A stretch of DNA of 64,000 nucleotides from positions 384,001 through 448,000 of the forward strand of contig CBDCDC010000001.1 of assembly GCA_965215195.1 (NCBI GenBank). Direction: 5' to 3'. Shown here piece after piece: positions 8,977 through 17,698 of the stretch. The first letter of the stretch is position 1. Each line of letters opens with the position of its first letter. A program made the position numbers and the translations under genes. A model generated the notes under the pieces. That model saw nothing but the letters and a program-made list of their open reading frames with translations, was not told the origin of the DNA and made no database searches. The DNA is from Candidatus Latescibacterota bacterium. GTDB taxonomy: Bacteria > Latescibacterota > UBA2968 > UBA8231.

Positions 8977-10920
8977 TCATCGCACCCCCACGTACACCAC
9001 ATTCCCCACCTCCCCGAGGCAAAAGTCGATCACCATCCACGCGGCCGCCCCCATGAGCTGCCCGGCGATCAGCCCGGCGAAGAGCGGCTTGTACGTGCGG
9101 TAGCCGCGCGTACCGGTGAATTTGAATATCACGGCCTTGCACAACCAGCCCAAAAACACCGAAAACCACGCCACGCCCATGACCCAACTGTCGCTCACTG
9201 GCAGGCCGATGTAGTGCAGCGGCCACCACGGGAAGTGGTGCTGCATGTAAATCAGCGCGCCCATCAGGGCCGCGCCCACGCCCGTAAACAGCAGCCGCGG
9301 GCGGATGTGATCCCAGCCGACGGGATTGTGGATTTTGTCCTCCAAGAAGCGATAGGCCAGCGTCGGCACCCCGAACTGGCGCAGGTTGATCCCGCCGTGC
9401 GCGTAGTTCAAATAGAGGGTGATCCAGAAGGCCCCCATCATGCCGACGACAACCGCGATGACCAGCCCCCAAAACAGGCGGCGGTGATGCGCACCGTGCC
9501 CGTGCGCCAGCTTGAGCGCATTGGCCGTGGAAGCCATGACCGTGGTGCGCATTTCAGCGGCCCAAGAATAGCTCAGGCTAATCGACGCCAGCCCCTTCCA
9601 GCCAATGGCGTCCGTGCCCAAGGTATAGACCGCAAAGGGCTGCGGCAGCATGGTCGAAGAGGTAAAGCCCACGCCGCCTTGGGCGATGACCCGCGCAATG
9701 GCCAAGAAAATGGCAAACGCCCCGCAAAAAAACACCACGGCCGCCACCACCGGCACCCCGCTCAGCAGCAGCCAGCCAAGGAAGTAGCCCGCGCAGGCGA
9801 TCCACAGCCACACGGCCGCCCGGTACGAGAGAATCTCGTCGCCATCGTCGGCCCGCGCCCCGCGCCTAAACGCCGCCCTGAACACTTGGCGCAAGTGGGC
9901 CCGCGCCGTCCACAGGATCGCCGCCACCAGCACCAGCATCGCCCCCATCCCCTCGTGCGACAGGGCCACCGAAGACCCCGTCAGCGCCTCGTTGTGCCCT
10001 TTGACCTGAAAGCCGATGACGTTGAAAACCCCGGTCTGGCAGCGGCTCAACAAGTGGAAAAACCACACCGAGAAGGCCACGTTGAGGTTGAGGAAGTACG
10101 CCACGCCAATGATGGCGAAATTGACGAAGATGTGCAGCCGCACGCTATCGCGGAACAGCAGCAGCGGGTCGAACACCAGCCGCACCTCGGGCACGTAAAA
10201 GAAGTAGTGGTTCAGCCCGTCCAGCACTTGAATGGCAAAGGGCAATGCAAACCCGACCCACATCAGGGGGTTGCGAAACAGCGGCGGGAAAATGCCCTCG
10301 TCGTTGCCGCGCAGCATCTCCAAGGGCACCTGCGCCAGCGGGAAGACCAGCCGCTCCTGTTCGACCCAAGGCCGCCGGAAGACGACCATGGTGGCGATCA
10401 TCAGTAAGTAGATCGCCAGCATCGCGCTGCCCCAAGCCATAAGCGGCACCAGCCAAGCGCCCCACGGAATGCCCATCCCCTCGGGCAACCCTTCGTAAAA
10501 AAAGCGCGCGACCTCGGCTTCTTGCGGTGCCAGCCAAGCGGGAATCAGCGGTTGAATCAGTTCGGCCCAGCGGTTTTCTGGCGTGGCATAATAGAAGGGG
10601 CGGGTGAGGATGTGGCACAGGTTCGTCACCAGTCCCCAAGTGGGAATCGCCGACGCCACGACCATCATCGCGTACACGACCACTAGCTCGCTCGTGCGCA
10701 GGGCCCAAGCCCTGAACGCGACCTTTAACAAGGGATTGATCAAGCCCACCAGCACTAGGAAGACCATCATCGCGCCGGCCGCGAGGTAATCCGAGGTCAA
10801 GCCGGCGTTTTGCAGGACGAGTACTGAGTAGGGACAAGCCAGATTCAGGAAGAGAGCCGCCCCCGCGCCCAATACTAGGGCGCGCCGCGTCACCTCCAAG
10901 CCCGTTCGCTCCTCGTTCAT
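8977..10920 (-). CDS. Polytopic membrane protein, DUF6785/DUF6784-like (putative transporter)
   Basis: 647 aa with many TM helices. Motifs ELVVVYAMM, YATPENRW, WVEQERLVFPL, WWPLHYIG and PLFAGLIAG. Confidence 0.75.
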   Translation of the reverse strand: MNEERTGLEVTRRALVLGAGAALFLNLACPYSVLVLQNAGLTSDYLAAGAMMVFLVLVGLINPLLKVAFRAWALRTSELVVVYAMMVVASAIPTWGLVTNLCHILTRPFYYATPENRWAELIQPLIPAWLAPQEAEVARFFYEGLPEGMGIPWGAWLVPLMAWGSAMLAIYLLMIATMVVFRRPWVEQERLVFPLAQVPLEMLRGNDEGIFPPLFRNPLMWVGFALPFAIQVLDGLNHYFFYVPEVRLVFDPLLLFRDSVRLHIFVNFAIIGVAYFLNLNVAFSVWFFHLLSRCQTGVFNVIGFQVKGHNEALTGSSVALSHEGMGAMLVLVAAILWTARAHLRQVFRAAFRRGARADDGDEILSYRAAVWLWIACAGYFLGWLLLSGVPVVAAVVFFCGAFAIFLAIARVIAQGGVGFTSSTMLPQPFAVYTLGTDAIGWKGLASISLSYSWAAEMRTTVMASTANALKLAHGHGAHHRRLFWGLVIAVVVGMMGAFWITLYLNYAHGGINLRQFGVPTLAYRFLEDKIHNPVGWDHIRPRLLFTGVGAALMGALIYMQHHFPWWPLHYIGLPVSDSWVMGVAWFSVFLGWLCKAVIFKFTGTRGYRTYKPLFAGLIAGQLMGAAAWMVIDFCLGEVGNVVYVGVR

Positions 10921-11162
10921 GGCCGCAAAATAGCCGCTGGTCCCGATGGCGGCAACCGCAGCCCAGCCCGTTGCCGCGACCCAATCCTGCCGTTACTTTT
11001 TCTTGTAGCCGAGAACGCGGAGGGCCATCGCGCGCTGGGAGACTGCGTCCGGCCTGCCCTTCGTCCCGCAGTCCGAAATTGGCAACTGGCGGTCCCAATG
11101 AAGGCCAGTCGGCCGAGCGGCAACTCGAATCCGACCTTCGAAGGAACCAAAGGAGTTAGTAC

Positions 11163-11618
11163 GTGGGCACGTTTACTGTTCCGCTTGAGGTGGGCGATCC
11201 GACGGGGCGTCGCTACAAAACAGTGGACGCTATGGTGGACTGCGGCGCGACCTATACCGTGCTGCCGGCTTCGCTTCTCGACCGTTTGGGCGTCGTTGCG
11301 CACGGCACCCGGACATTTGTTCTCGCCGACGGCAGTCGCGTCGAGCGCGGCTTCGGCAGAACCTATTTGCGGCTCAACGGCAGCGAGGAGGTCTCGCCCG
11401 TGGTGTTTTGGGACGAAGGCTTGCGGCCATTGCTGGGTGCCGTCACGCTGGAGATATTCAGTTTGGGCATTGATCCGGTGAACGAGCGGCTCATGCCCGT
11501 GGAGGCATTCATGCTGGCGATGACAACGGGGTTGTGCGCTTGGCAACAAGCCGGGTCTATTAAACCAACTACGCTCCCGCCTGATTCCCTGCCGAGATTA
11601 ACTTTGGTGTCCCACTAG
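11163..11618 (+). CDS. Clan AA (retropepsin-like) aspartic protease with a DCG variant motif
   Basis: VDCGATYTVLP, LADG and PLLGAVTLE motifs. GTG start after AAGGAG. Confidence 0.8.
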   Translation: MGTFTVPLEVGDPTGRRYKTVDAMVDCGATYTVLPASLLDRLGVVAHGTRTFVLADGSRVERGFGRTYLRLNGSEEVSPVVFWDEGLRPLLGAVTLEIFSLGIDPVNERLMPVEAFMLAMTTGLCAWQQAGSIKPTTLPPDSLPRLTLVSH

Positions 11619-11638
11619 CTCGTCCGAAAATTTACCCT

Positions 11639-12367
11639 ATGGGAAAACCCCGGTACACGGCTGCGGACTTCAAGGCCAGCAAGCCCGCGATTATGGGGCC
11701 GGTCGAAGTCCTGTTCAACCGCCGCCTCTCAACCCTGCTCACCCGCCTGTTGGTCCGCACCTCACTCACCCCCAACCAAGTGACAGTCCTTTCCTTTCTC
11801 GTCCTCCTGCCCGGCGCGTACCTGCTCTCCACGGGCGAGCGCATCGCCCTCATTGGGGCCGGTCTCCTCATTCAACTATCCTTTACGCTCGATTGCTGCG
11901 ACGGCGAACTCGCTCGTTTGCGCGGGCTTAGCTCGCCGTTTGGCGCTTGGCTCGACGGCCTGCTCGACCGCATCGCCGAACTGGTGCTCTGCTTCGCATT
12001 GGGACGAGCGTTGGACCACCAAGGCGATCCGCATGCCTATCTCTACTCCTTTGTCGCCTTCGCTTCGCTCGCCATGACCCACCTCGCCACCCTGATGAAC
12101 GCCACGGCCTTTGGCAAGGGGCAGCTGAGTCGCGGCCTGCTTGGCCGCTTGGCCGGCCTCGTGCGCGTTTCGCCGCTGAAATTGCGCAACTATCTGCGCA
12201 GCGGCATTGACGTCTATTTGATGGTTTTTGCGTTGGGCGCGGTGTTTGACCACCTCATGGGGGTCGTCTATTATTGCGCGGTCGTGCAGAACCTCTATTG
12301 GCTGGCCATCGTCTCAATGGTAGTCAGGCAAAATCAAATGAAGAACGAAAAACGAGGAGATACCTAA
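11639..12367 (+). CDS. CDP-alcohol phosphatidyltransferase family protein
   Basis: TPNQVT and the signature DCCDGELAR...GAWLDGLLDR. Confidence 0.9.
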   Translation: MGKPRYTAADFKASKPAIMGPVEVLFNRRLSTLLTRLLVRTSLTPNQVTVLSFLVLLPGAYLLSTGERIALIGAGLLIQLSFTLDCCDGELARLRGLSSPFGAWLDGLLDRIAELVLCFALGRALDHQGDPHAYLYSFVAFASLAMTHLATLMNATAFGKGQLSRGLLGRLAGLVRVSPLKLRNYLRSGIDVYLMVFALGAVFDHLMGVVYYCAVVQNLYWLAIVSMVVRQNQMKNEKRGDT

Positions 12368-13318
12368 GTGGACGCCATCGCAGCCATCGGCGGCAGCCGG
12401 CCCCTCAAAGCAGAAGAATTCGCCCGCCGCGCTTACAATTATGCCCTCAACCCGGCTCGCAACCCGCTCAAGGAAATCCTCGACCAGTGCGCGTCCGTGG
12501 CCGAGACGCCGCCCCTGTTAGGCGGCTTCAACGATGTGCCGTGGCACAAGCTGCGCGACGCCGAGGTCCACGCTTGGGCCAAGGCCGGTTGGTCGTGGAT
12601 AGTCAACGACGCCGAGCACAGCCAGTGGGAAGGCTGGTACGGCCGCGAGCAAAACGCCGTCCTCACGCGCCACGGCATCTTGCCGGTCCAGCGCCTAGCC
12701 CGCGAGGCCCGCTCCGAACACGGCGACGCCTTCCAGCTCGGGGCGCGGGCGACGATGCGTCCCTATGGCACCACCTACGAGGAGGCCGAGCGCTATTTCC
12801 GCGCCATCAACTTTCCCGTCCCCGGCCAAGCCACCCCAGACGACCGCGGCGGGTATCCGGTCCGCGACGGCGAGCGCACCATGATGTTCACGCCCGATGA
12901 ATTGCGCGGCACCGAGACCGAGACCCAAGGCTGGATCCAGTTTGAGACCAAGGAATACATCATCGACCTCGAGACCCGCGACCGCGTCCTCGACCTGATG
13001 GCCGCCCAAGGACGCAACAAAGCCTGCGGGTTTGTCGGCCCGTTTGACGCCATCCTGCGCGAGGGCGACTTGCCCGAAGTCAACGACGCGGTCAACGCGC
13101 TCTTCCGCGCCGCGGCCGATCGCGGCGTCCACACCGGCCGCGTCGTGGGGCACGGCGCGATGGAAGATCCCCAAGACATTGAAGACGGCATGGTCGAGGC
13201 CATCGACAACGGCGCACGCCTGATCTGCGTGCATCCGCTCACCAGCGACATGGTCTTTCGCGGCGCCTACGCCATGGCCGAGCCTTTCTTCCGCGCCTGC
13301 GAGCGCTGCGGCTTTTGA
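12368..13318 (+). CDS. HpcH/HpaI-like aldolase family protein (divergent)
   Basis: Motifs WIVNDAEH, IQFET and FVGPFD. GTG start with GAGGAG RBS. Confidence 0.7.
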   Translation: MDAIAAIGGSRPLKAEEFARRAYNYALNPARNPLKEILDQCASVAETPPLLGGFNDVPWHKLRDAEVHAWAKAGWSWIVNDAEHSQWEGWYGREQNAVLTRHGILPVQRLAREARSEHGDAFQLGARATMRPYGTTYEEAERYFRAINFPVPGQATPDDRGGYPVRDGERTMMFTPDELRGTETETQGWIQFETKEYIIDLETRDRVLDLMAAQGRNKACGFVGPFDAILREGDLPEVNDAVNALFRAAADRGVHTGRVVGHGAMEDPQDIEDGMVEAIDNGARLICVHPLTSDMVFRGAYAMAEPFFRACERCGF

Positions 13319-13346
13319 ACATTCTCTCACAATTTTAGGAGACCTC

Positions 13347-14093
13347 ATGCACCTGCTTTGCGCATTGATCGGCATGATCGCGCTCGTGGGCACTGCCGTC
13401 CATGCCCAACCCGAAAACGACGCTCCAGCCGAGGCCCCTGCCGTCCGTGCCCCCCTCAGCTACGACCCTTACTACGTCCTGCCCGGCGGCCAAGGCTACA
13501 CGAGCGTCGACGTTGGAGTGCGCACGACGGCCTCTGCCTCCAAGCTCTTGGACGCGAGCGATCTAGTCGCCATGGCCAAATTCAATCCCCACGCTCGCTT
13601 TGAAGCGGGTGCGCATCTCACCTTTGGCTTTTTCAACGACGGGAGTTCCAACCTTTCGTCGATCGTGGTCGGCGGCAAGTACCAGCTCGGCCGCAACCGC
13701 GCGGCAACCGCTAACATCGCGCTGCCGGCGGGCGACATTCCCGACCCGGGGCTGGCCGTTGGTTTCATGCAGACCGTGCGCATTGGCCGCGCCTTCCGCC
13801 TCAACGGCTGGTTGCAGGTTGCCGCGCTCAAAGGCTACGCCGAAGAGGGCCTCGTCGGCGATCTCTTGCTCGAGCCGGCGATGGTATTCGGCGAAAGACT
13901 AAGCGCGTACCTCGACTTGCTCATCGCGTCCAACACCTCGGACTTGGAGGACAAGCTCAGCGTCCGCTTAGAGCCGAATCTCGACATCGGCCTCGGCGAT
14001 GGCATGGTGCTGAACGCAGGGGTCAGCGTGGATTTGCAGGGCGACGAACAGGAGGACGTGGGGGTGTTTGTGGTGCTCTTGCGCGACATGTAA
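13347..14093 (+). CDS. Exported protein, probable outer-membrane beta-barrel
   Basis: Signal peptide ending AVHA followed by alternating amphipathic strands. AGGAG RBS. Confidence 0.6.
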   Translation: MHLLCALIGMIALVGTAVHAQPENDAPAEAPAVRAPLSYDPYYVLPGGQGYTSVDVGVRTTASASKLLDASDLVAMAKFNPHARFEAGAHLTFGFFNDGSSNLSSIVVGGKYQLGRNRAATANIALPAGDIPDPGLAVGFMQTVRIGRAFRLNGWLQVAALKGYAEEGLVGDLLLEPAMVFGERLSAYLDLLIASNTSDLEDKLSVRLEPNLDIGLGDGMVLNAGVSVDLQGDEQEDVGVFVVLLRDM

Positions 14094-14109
14094 GCCCAGA
14101 CGAGGCCAT

Positions 14110-14496
14110 TTAGCCGCCCATTTGCGCGATCCTGCGCACCATCCAAGAGATATAGGCCGTGCGGGTCATCTTGCGCCTTCGCGCCTCGGAACCGATGAAG
14201 GCGGCTACCTCTTCATCGAGGTTCAAATGGGCGCGTACGCTACGACCCGACAGATGGATCAGAGGAATGGACACCAGCGCTTGTCCGGCGGGGGTTTCGA
14301 TGTTTTCGAGGGCACTCGGCGCAGCAAAGGGCGCACCATCCTTCTCCGCCTCGAGCGCACCATCGCGAAGCGCCTCTTCGGCATTCATCAACGCCTCATC
14401 CATCGTCTTGCCCATGGCCGCGATGCCGGGCAGATCCGGGAAGGTCACGCCATAGGCACCTTTTTCGCCATCGATCAGTGCAGGATATCGGATCAT
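14110..14496 (-). CDS. hicB: HicB-family antitoxin (orphan)
   Basis: YPALI..GAYGVTFPDLPG..G.T.DEAL.NA.EAL plus a C-terminal RHH-like region. No hicA adjacent. Confidence 0.85.
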   Translation of the reverse strand: MIRYPALIDGEKGAYGVTFPDLPGIAAMGKTMDEALMNAEEALRDGALEAEKDGAPFAAPSALENIETPAGQALVSIPLIHLSGRSVRAHLNLDEEVAAFIGSEARRRKMTRTAYISWMVRRIAQMGG

Positions 14497-14512
14497 GATT
14501 ACTGTGCATAAT

Positions 14513-15622
14513 TTACACTCGAGAAGCCTGCAATCGCCGCACCCGCGCCGGGGTGTGGTCCTCGGAGATCTCCGAGGAGAGAATGCCCAACGAGCGGTCC
14601 TCTAGAGGCAAATCCACGCGCACCAAACCGCTGCGGTGCGATTGGCGCAGGGCAATGGCCACTTCGAGGGCGGCCCGACCATCGTCTCCCGAACAGCGCG
14701 GGTCCGATCCGGTCTCAATGGCCTCAATTAGATCCTCGATAATGGTCAGGCCCATGCCCTGTATGTGCGTCGGATAGGGAAAGGGCACGTACGCGGGCAC
14801 GCCGCGACCCCGGTTGCCGCCCGCAGCCGTGCGGATGTACTCCATTTGGGTGCAATTGGCTATGGAGCGGATGCGGCCCTCGGTGCCAATGACGTCGATT
14901 TCCCAAGCCGCAACCCCGGTGGGCGTGGCGCGGATAAAGGCGCGGACGCCATTGTCAAAGCTGAGGTAGCCGTTGCCCTGCGGGTCGGTTTCGCCCGCGG
15001 CCGCGGCGTCCGATTCCATTTCGCCAAAAACCCACTCGACCTGACCCCCGGCCATGTAGCGCACAATGTCGATGAGGTGGCTGCCGTTGTGCGACAAGCC
15101 GCATTGGGCGTAGCCGGTGACTTGGAGGATTTGCCCCAGTGCGCCTTGGTCAATGAGGCGGCGGGCCTCGCTGAAGAACGGGTTCCAGCGGCGGGCGCAA
15201 TTGATGGCCAAGGCCGTGCCGCGTTGGCGGCAGGTTTCGACCATGGCATCGGCTTCAGCCAAGGTCAGGGCAATGGGCTTTTCGGCCCACACGGCCTTGA
15301 CGCCGGCGCGGGCGCAGTCTTGGACGATCTGCGAGCGAATGCGGGCGGTGGTACACACGCTAACCAGATCGAGATTTTCTCGCTCCAGCATTTGGCGGTA
15401 GTCGCTGTAGAGATGGTCTCGCGCCAGACCCCAGCGGTCGCCGAAAATGGCGCGTTGTTCGTCGTGTGGATCGGCTCCGGCCACCAGTTCTGCATGGGGC
15501 GAAGCGCGGTACGAGGGGGCGTGGCAATAGGGCAGAAAAATGGAGCCGCCTTCGCTCATTTCATCGTCGAACGTGCTGCCCATGCGGCCCAAGCCGATAA
15601 CGGCGGCGCGATACCTAGTCAT
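14513..15622 (-). CDS. Gfo/Idh/MocA family oxidoreductase
   Basis: VIGLGRMG, AEKP and HNGSH motifs. Start at ATG 15622 with GGAGGAG. Confidence 0.9.
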   Translation of the reverse strand: MTRYRAAVIGLGRMGSTFDDEMSEGGSIFLPYCHAPSYRASPHAELVAGADPHDEQRAIFGDRWGLARDHLYSDYRQMLERENLDLVSVCTTARIRSQIVQDCARAGVKAVWAEKPIALTLAEADAMVETCRQRGTALAINCARRWNPFFSEARRLIDQGALGQILQVTGYAQCGLSHNGSHLIDIVRYMAGGQVEWVFGEMESDAAAAGETDPQGNGYLSFDNGVRAFIRATPTGVAAWEIDVIGTEGRIRSIANCTQMEYIRTAAGGNRGRGVPAYVPFPYPTHIQGMGLTIIEDLIEAIETGSDPRCSGDDGRAALEVAIALRQSHRSGLVRVDLPLEDRSLGILSSEISEDHTPARVRRLQASRV

Positions 15623-15651
15623 GGTCTCCTCCGAGTTTGGGTGGGATTCGC

Positions 15652-17097
15652 TCATAGATGGGGATAGATCGCTTCTGGATCGTAGTCTGGCAGGAGTGCG
15701 TCGTGGGGTTGGCCGGGGATTAAGCGCGTGCCGTCCGCAAAACCTTCCGGTCGGCCTTGGAGAAATTCGCTGAGGCGATTTCGCCAAGGCTGCATTCTAG
15801 TTTCAGCGTTGGACGCACGAGACAGGTCGCGCATTTCCTGCGGGTCTTCGTCCAAGTCGAAAAGGTGTTCTCGGCCCGTTTGCGAATACCAGATGTACTT
15901 GCAGCGCCCATCGGTGACATAGTGGTTGCCGTGGTCGCGGGCGTAGCAGCCAGCGTGTTCGCCGTGCAGAAATTCCCTGACGCCATCGGCGTTGCCTTGC
16001 ACGACGGGCAGGAGGCTTTGGCCGGTGCAGGTATCGGGGATGTCGCTGCCGGCCGCGTCGAGGATGGTGGGCATGATGTCTTGGATGCCGACCGGACTTT
16101 TGCAAACGACTTCTTCGGGATAGTCCCAATTTTTGGGCGCGCGCATGAAAAATGGAATTCGGGCCGACGCCTCATAGGGCCAGGTTTTGCGAAAGAGGTT
16201 GTGGTCGCCCAGCATTTCGCCGTGGTCGGATGTAAAGATGACGAAGCAGTTGTTGAGGCCCCCGGTAAACTGGATGAGGCGGCCGATCTGGTCGTCTATA
16301 AAGTTGATCATGCCGTAGTAAGCCGCGCGACAACAGCGCATGTCGCATTCGTTGAGCCGAATCTGCCACGCATTGGGATTGAGACCTTTTTCCGGCCCAG
16401 CGAATGCAGGGGCCCAGTCGCCGACGAAGGGCTCGGGCAGGCTGCGGTGGATATAGCGGTCGTAATAAGGGGCAGGGGGCGCGAGCGGCGGGTGAGGATC
16501 AATAAAGGAAACATTGAGAAAAAACGGCACCGACCGATCGCGTTTGCGCAGAAAGTCCATGGCCCGGTCGACGCACCAGAAGGTGTGCATCTGTTCTTCG
16601 GGCAGATGGTGCGGGCGACCAATCCAGCCGTTGGCGGAAATGCCGTGGGCCATGCCGGGATCTACTTCATGGCGGCAGTGGTATTGCCGCAGCCATTCGA
16701 CGTAGTCGTTGTCGTCGCCTCGGGTGGCATCGGCTAGTTGCAGATGGTCAAAGCCGTAGCGCTTGCGCTGGGGAGTTAAGTGGAGTTTGCCGATCATCTC
16801 CGTCTGATAACCGGCCTTAGACAGCTCGCCAGCCAAGGTGTGCGGCGGTTGCCACGGAGCGCTTCTGAAGCCAACGGCCCCATTGGCCGCGGGGGCCGTG
16901 CCAGTCATCAGGCAGCGGCGCGCGGGAATGCAACTGGGGCATTCGGAGTAGCCGCGGTGAAAGTGCGTGCCGGTGCGGGCCAGCCAGTCTAAGTTGGGCG
17001 TTTGCAAGCACCGAGGACTGTGGGGATCGAGCCCCATGCAGTCGCCGCGCTGCTGGTCGGTCATAATGAGCAGGATATTGGGGCGAGTGTCTGGCAT
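15652..17097 (-). CDS. Formylglycine-dependent sulfatase (arylsulfatase/choline-sulfatase-like)
   Basis: PNILLIMTDQQR, CIPAR (CxPxR), GKLH and TSDHGE motifs. Confidence 0.92.
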   Translation of the reverse strand: MPDTRPNILLIMTDQQRGDCMGLDPHSPRCLQTPNLDWLARTGTHFHRGYSECPSCIPARRCLMTGTAPAANGAVGFRSAPWQPPHTLAGELSKAGYQTEMIGKLHLTPQRKRYGFDHLQLADATRGDDNDYVEWLRQYHCRHEVDPGMAHGISANGWIGRPHHLPEEQMHTFWCVDRAMDFLRKRDRSVPFFLNVSFIDPHPPLAPPAPYYDRYIHRSLPEPFVGDWAPAFAGPEKGLNPNAWQIRLNECDMRCCRAAYYGMINFIDDQIGRLIQFTGGLNNCFVIFTSDHGEMLGDHNLFRKTWPYEASARIPFFMRAPKNWDYPEEVVCKSPVGIQDIMPTILDAAGSDIPDTCTGQSLLPVVQGNADGVREFLHGEHAGCYARDHGNHYVTDGRCKYIWYSQTGREHLFDLDEDPQEMRDLSRASNAETRMQPWRNRLSEFLQGRPEGFADGTRLIPGQPHDALLPDYDPEAIYPHL

Positions 17098-17310
17098 ATC
17101 GTTTCATTCTCCGCTGAGCGGATCGGCAGGGGCGCGGCCGGCGCTAGCCGACTGCGCGATTTCCCGGGTCTGTTCAAGCGGGAATCTCGGCATGGCGATT
17201 TGAGCATAATACGCTAAAAATACCACTTGAGGAGGAAGCAGACCATGCCTAGACTAAAAAAGGAAATCGCCGAGCACATCAGATTGGATCACTTTCGACT
17301 AACCACTACA

Positions 17311-17698
17311 CCGGCCCATCTACGAAGGAGAACCAACCATGCAGCAACCCCCCGATCCCGTGCAGGGAATCGTAGCCGAGCTATCGAAGCGGTTAGACAG
17401 CATCGAGACCAACCAGCGCGAGAACATCCAAGCGTTACAGCGGGACATCGCCCGCATCGAGACCAACCAGCGCGACGACAACGCCCAATTGCGGCAAGAT
17501 ATGCGGCAGGACAACGCCGAGATTCACCGCCGCCTTGACCGCTTAACTCGCTGGATCATCGGCATTCAGCTTACAACGCTGATTGCGTTGAGTACACTGA
17601 TCTTGACTCGCTTGCCGGGCTAATCCCTACGCCGGGGCCTTGTGCCCCGGCCCATCTACGAAGGCGAACCACCCATGCAGCAACCCCGATCCCGTGCA
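17311..17698 (+). repeat. About 54-bp imperfect direct repeat containing an RBS and the first codons (copies 17311-17364 and 17647-17698)
   Basis: CCGGCCCATCTACGAAGG(A/C)GAACCA(A/C)CCATGCAGCAACCCC(CC)GATCCCGTGCA, with two substitutions and a 2-nt indel. Confidence 0.9.
17339..17623 (+). CDS. Small coiled-coil protein with a C-terminal TM anchor (DUF1640/XhlA-like)
   Basis: AAGGAG RBS, repeated IETNQR (22-bp perfect repeat at 17400 and 17454), and terminal WIIGIQLTTLIALSTLIL. Confidence 0.75.
   Translation: MQQPPDPVQGIVAELSKRLDSIETNQRENIQALQRDIARIETNQRDDNAQLRQDMRQDNAEIHRRLDRLTRWIIGIQLTTLIALSTLILTRLPG

Noticed and set aside
8944-10407. Long antisense ORFs (also 28475-30508, 6688-7953, 1760-2821, 46876-47895 and others)
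   Set aside because: They are shadows of well-supported opposite-strand genes in GC-rich DNA, with low-complexity translations and no motifs.
11005-11150. c-di-AMP, SAM or glycine riboswitch call
   Set aside because: Only fragmentary resemblance; the conserved core motifs are not present in the right order.
14094-14530. Flanking direct repeat around the orphan hicB
   Set aside because: The best match is about 5/6 nt, which is indistinguishable from chance.
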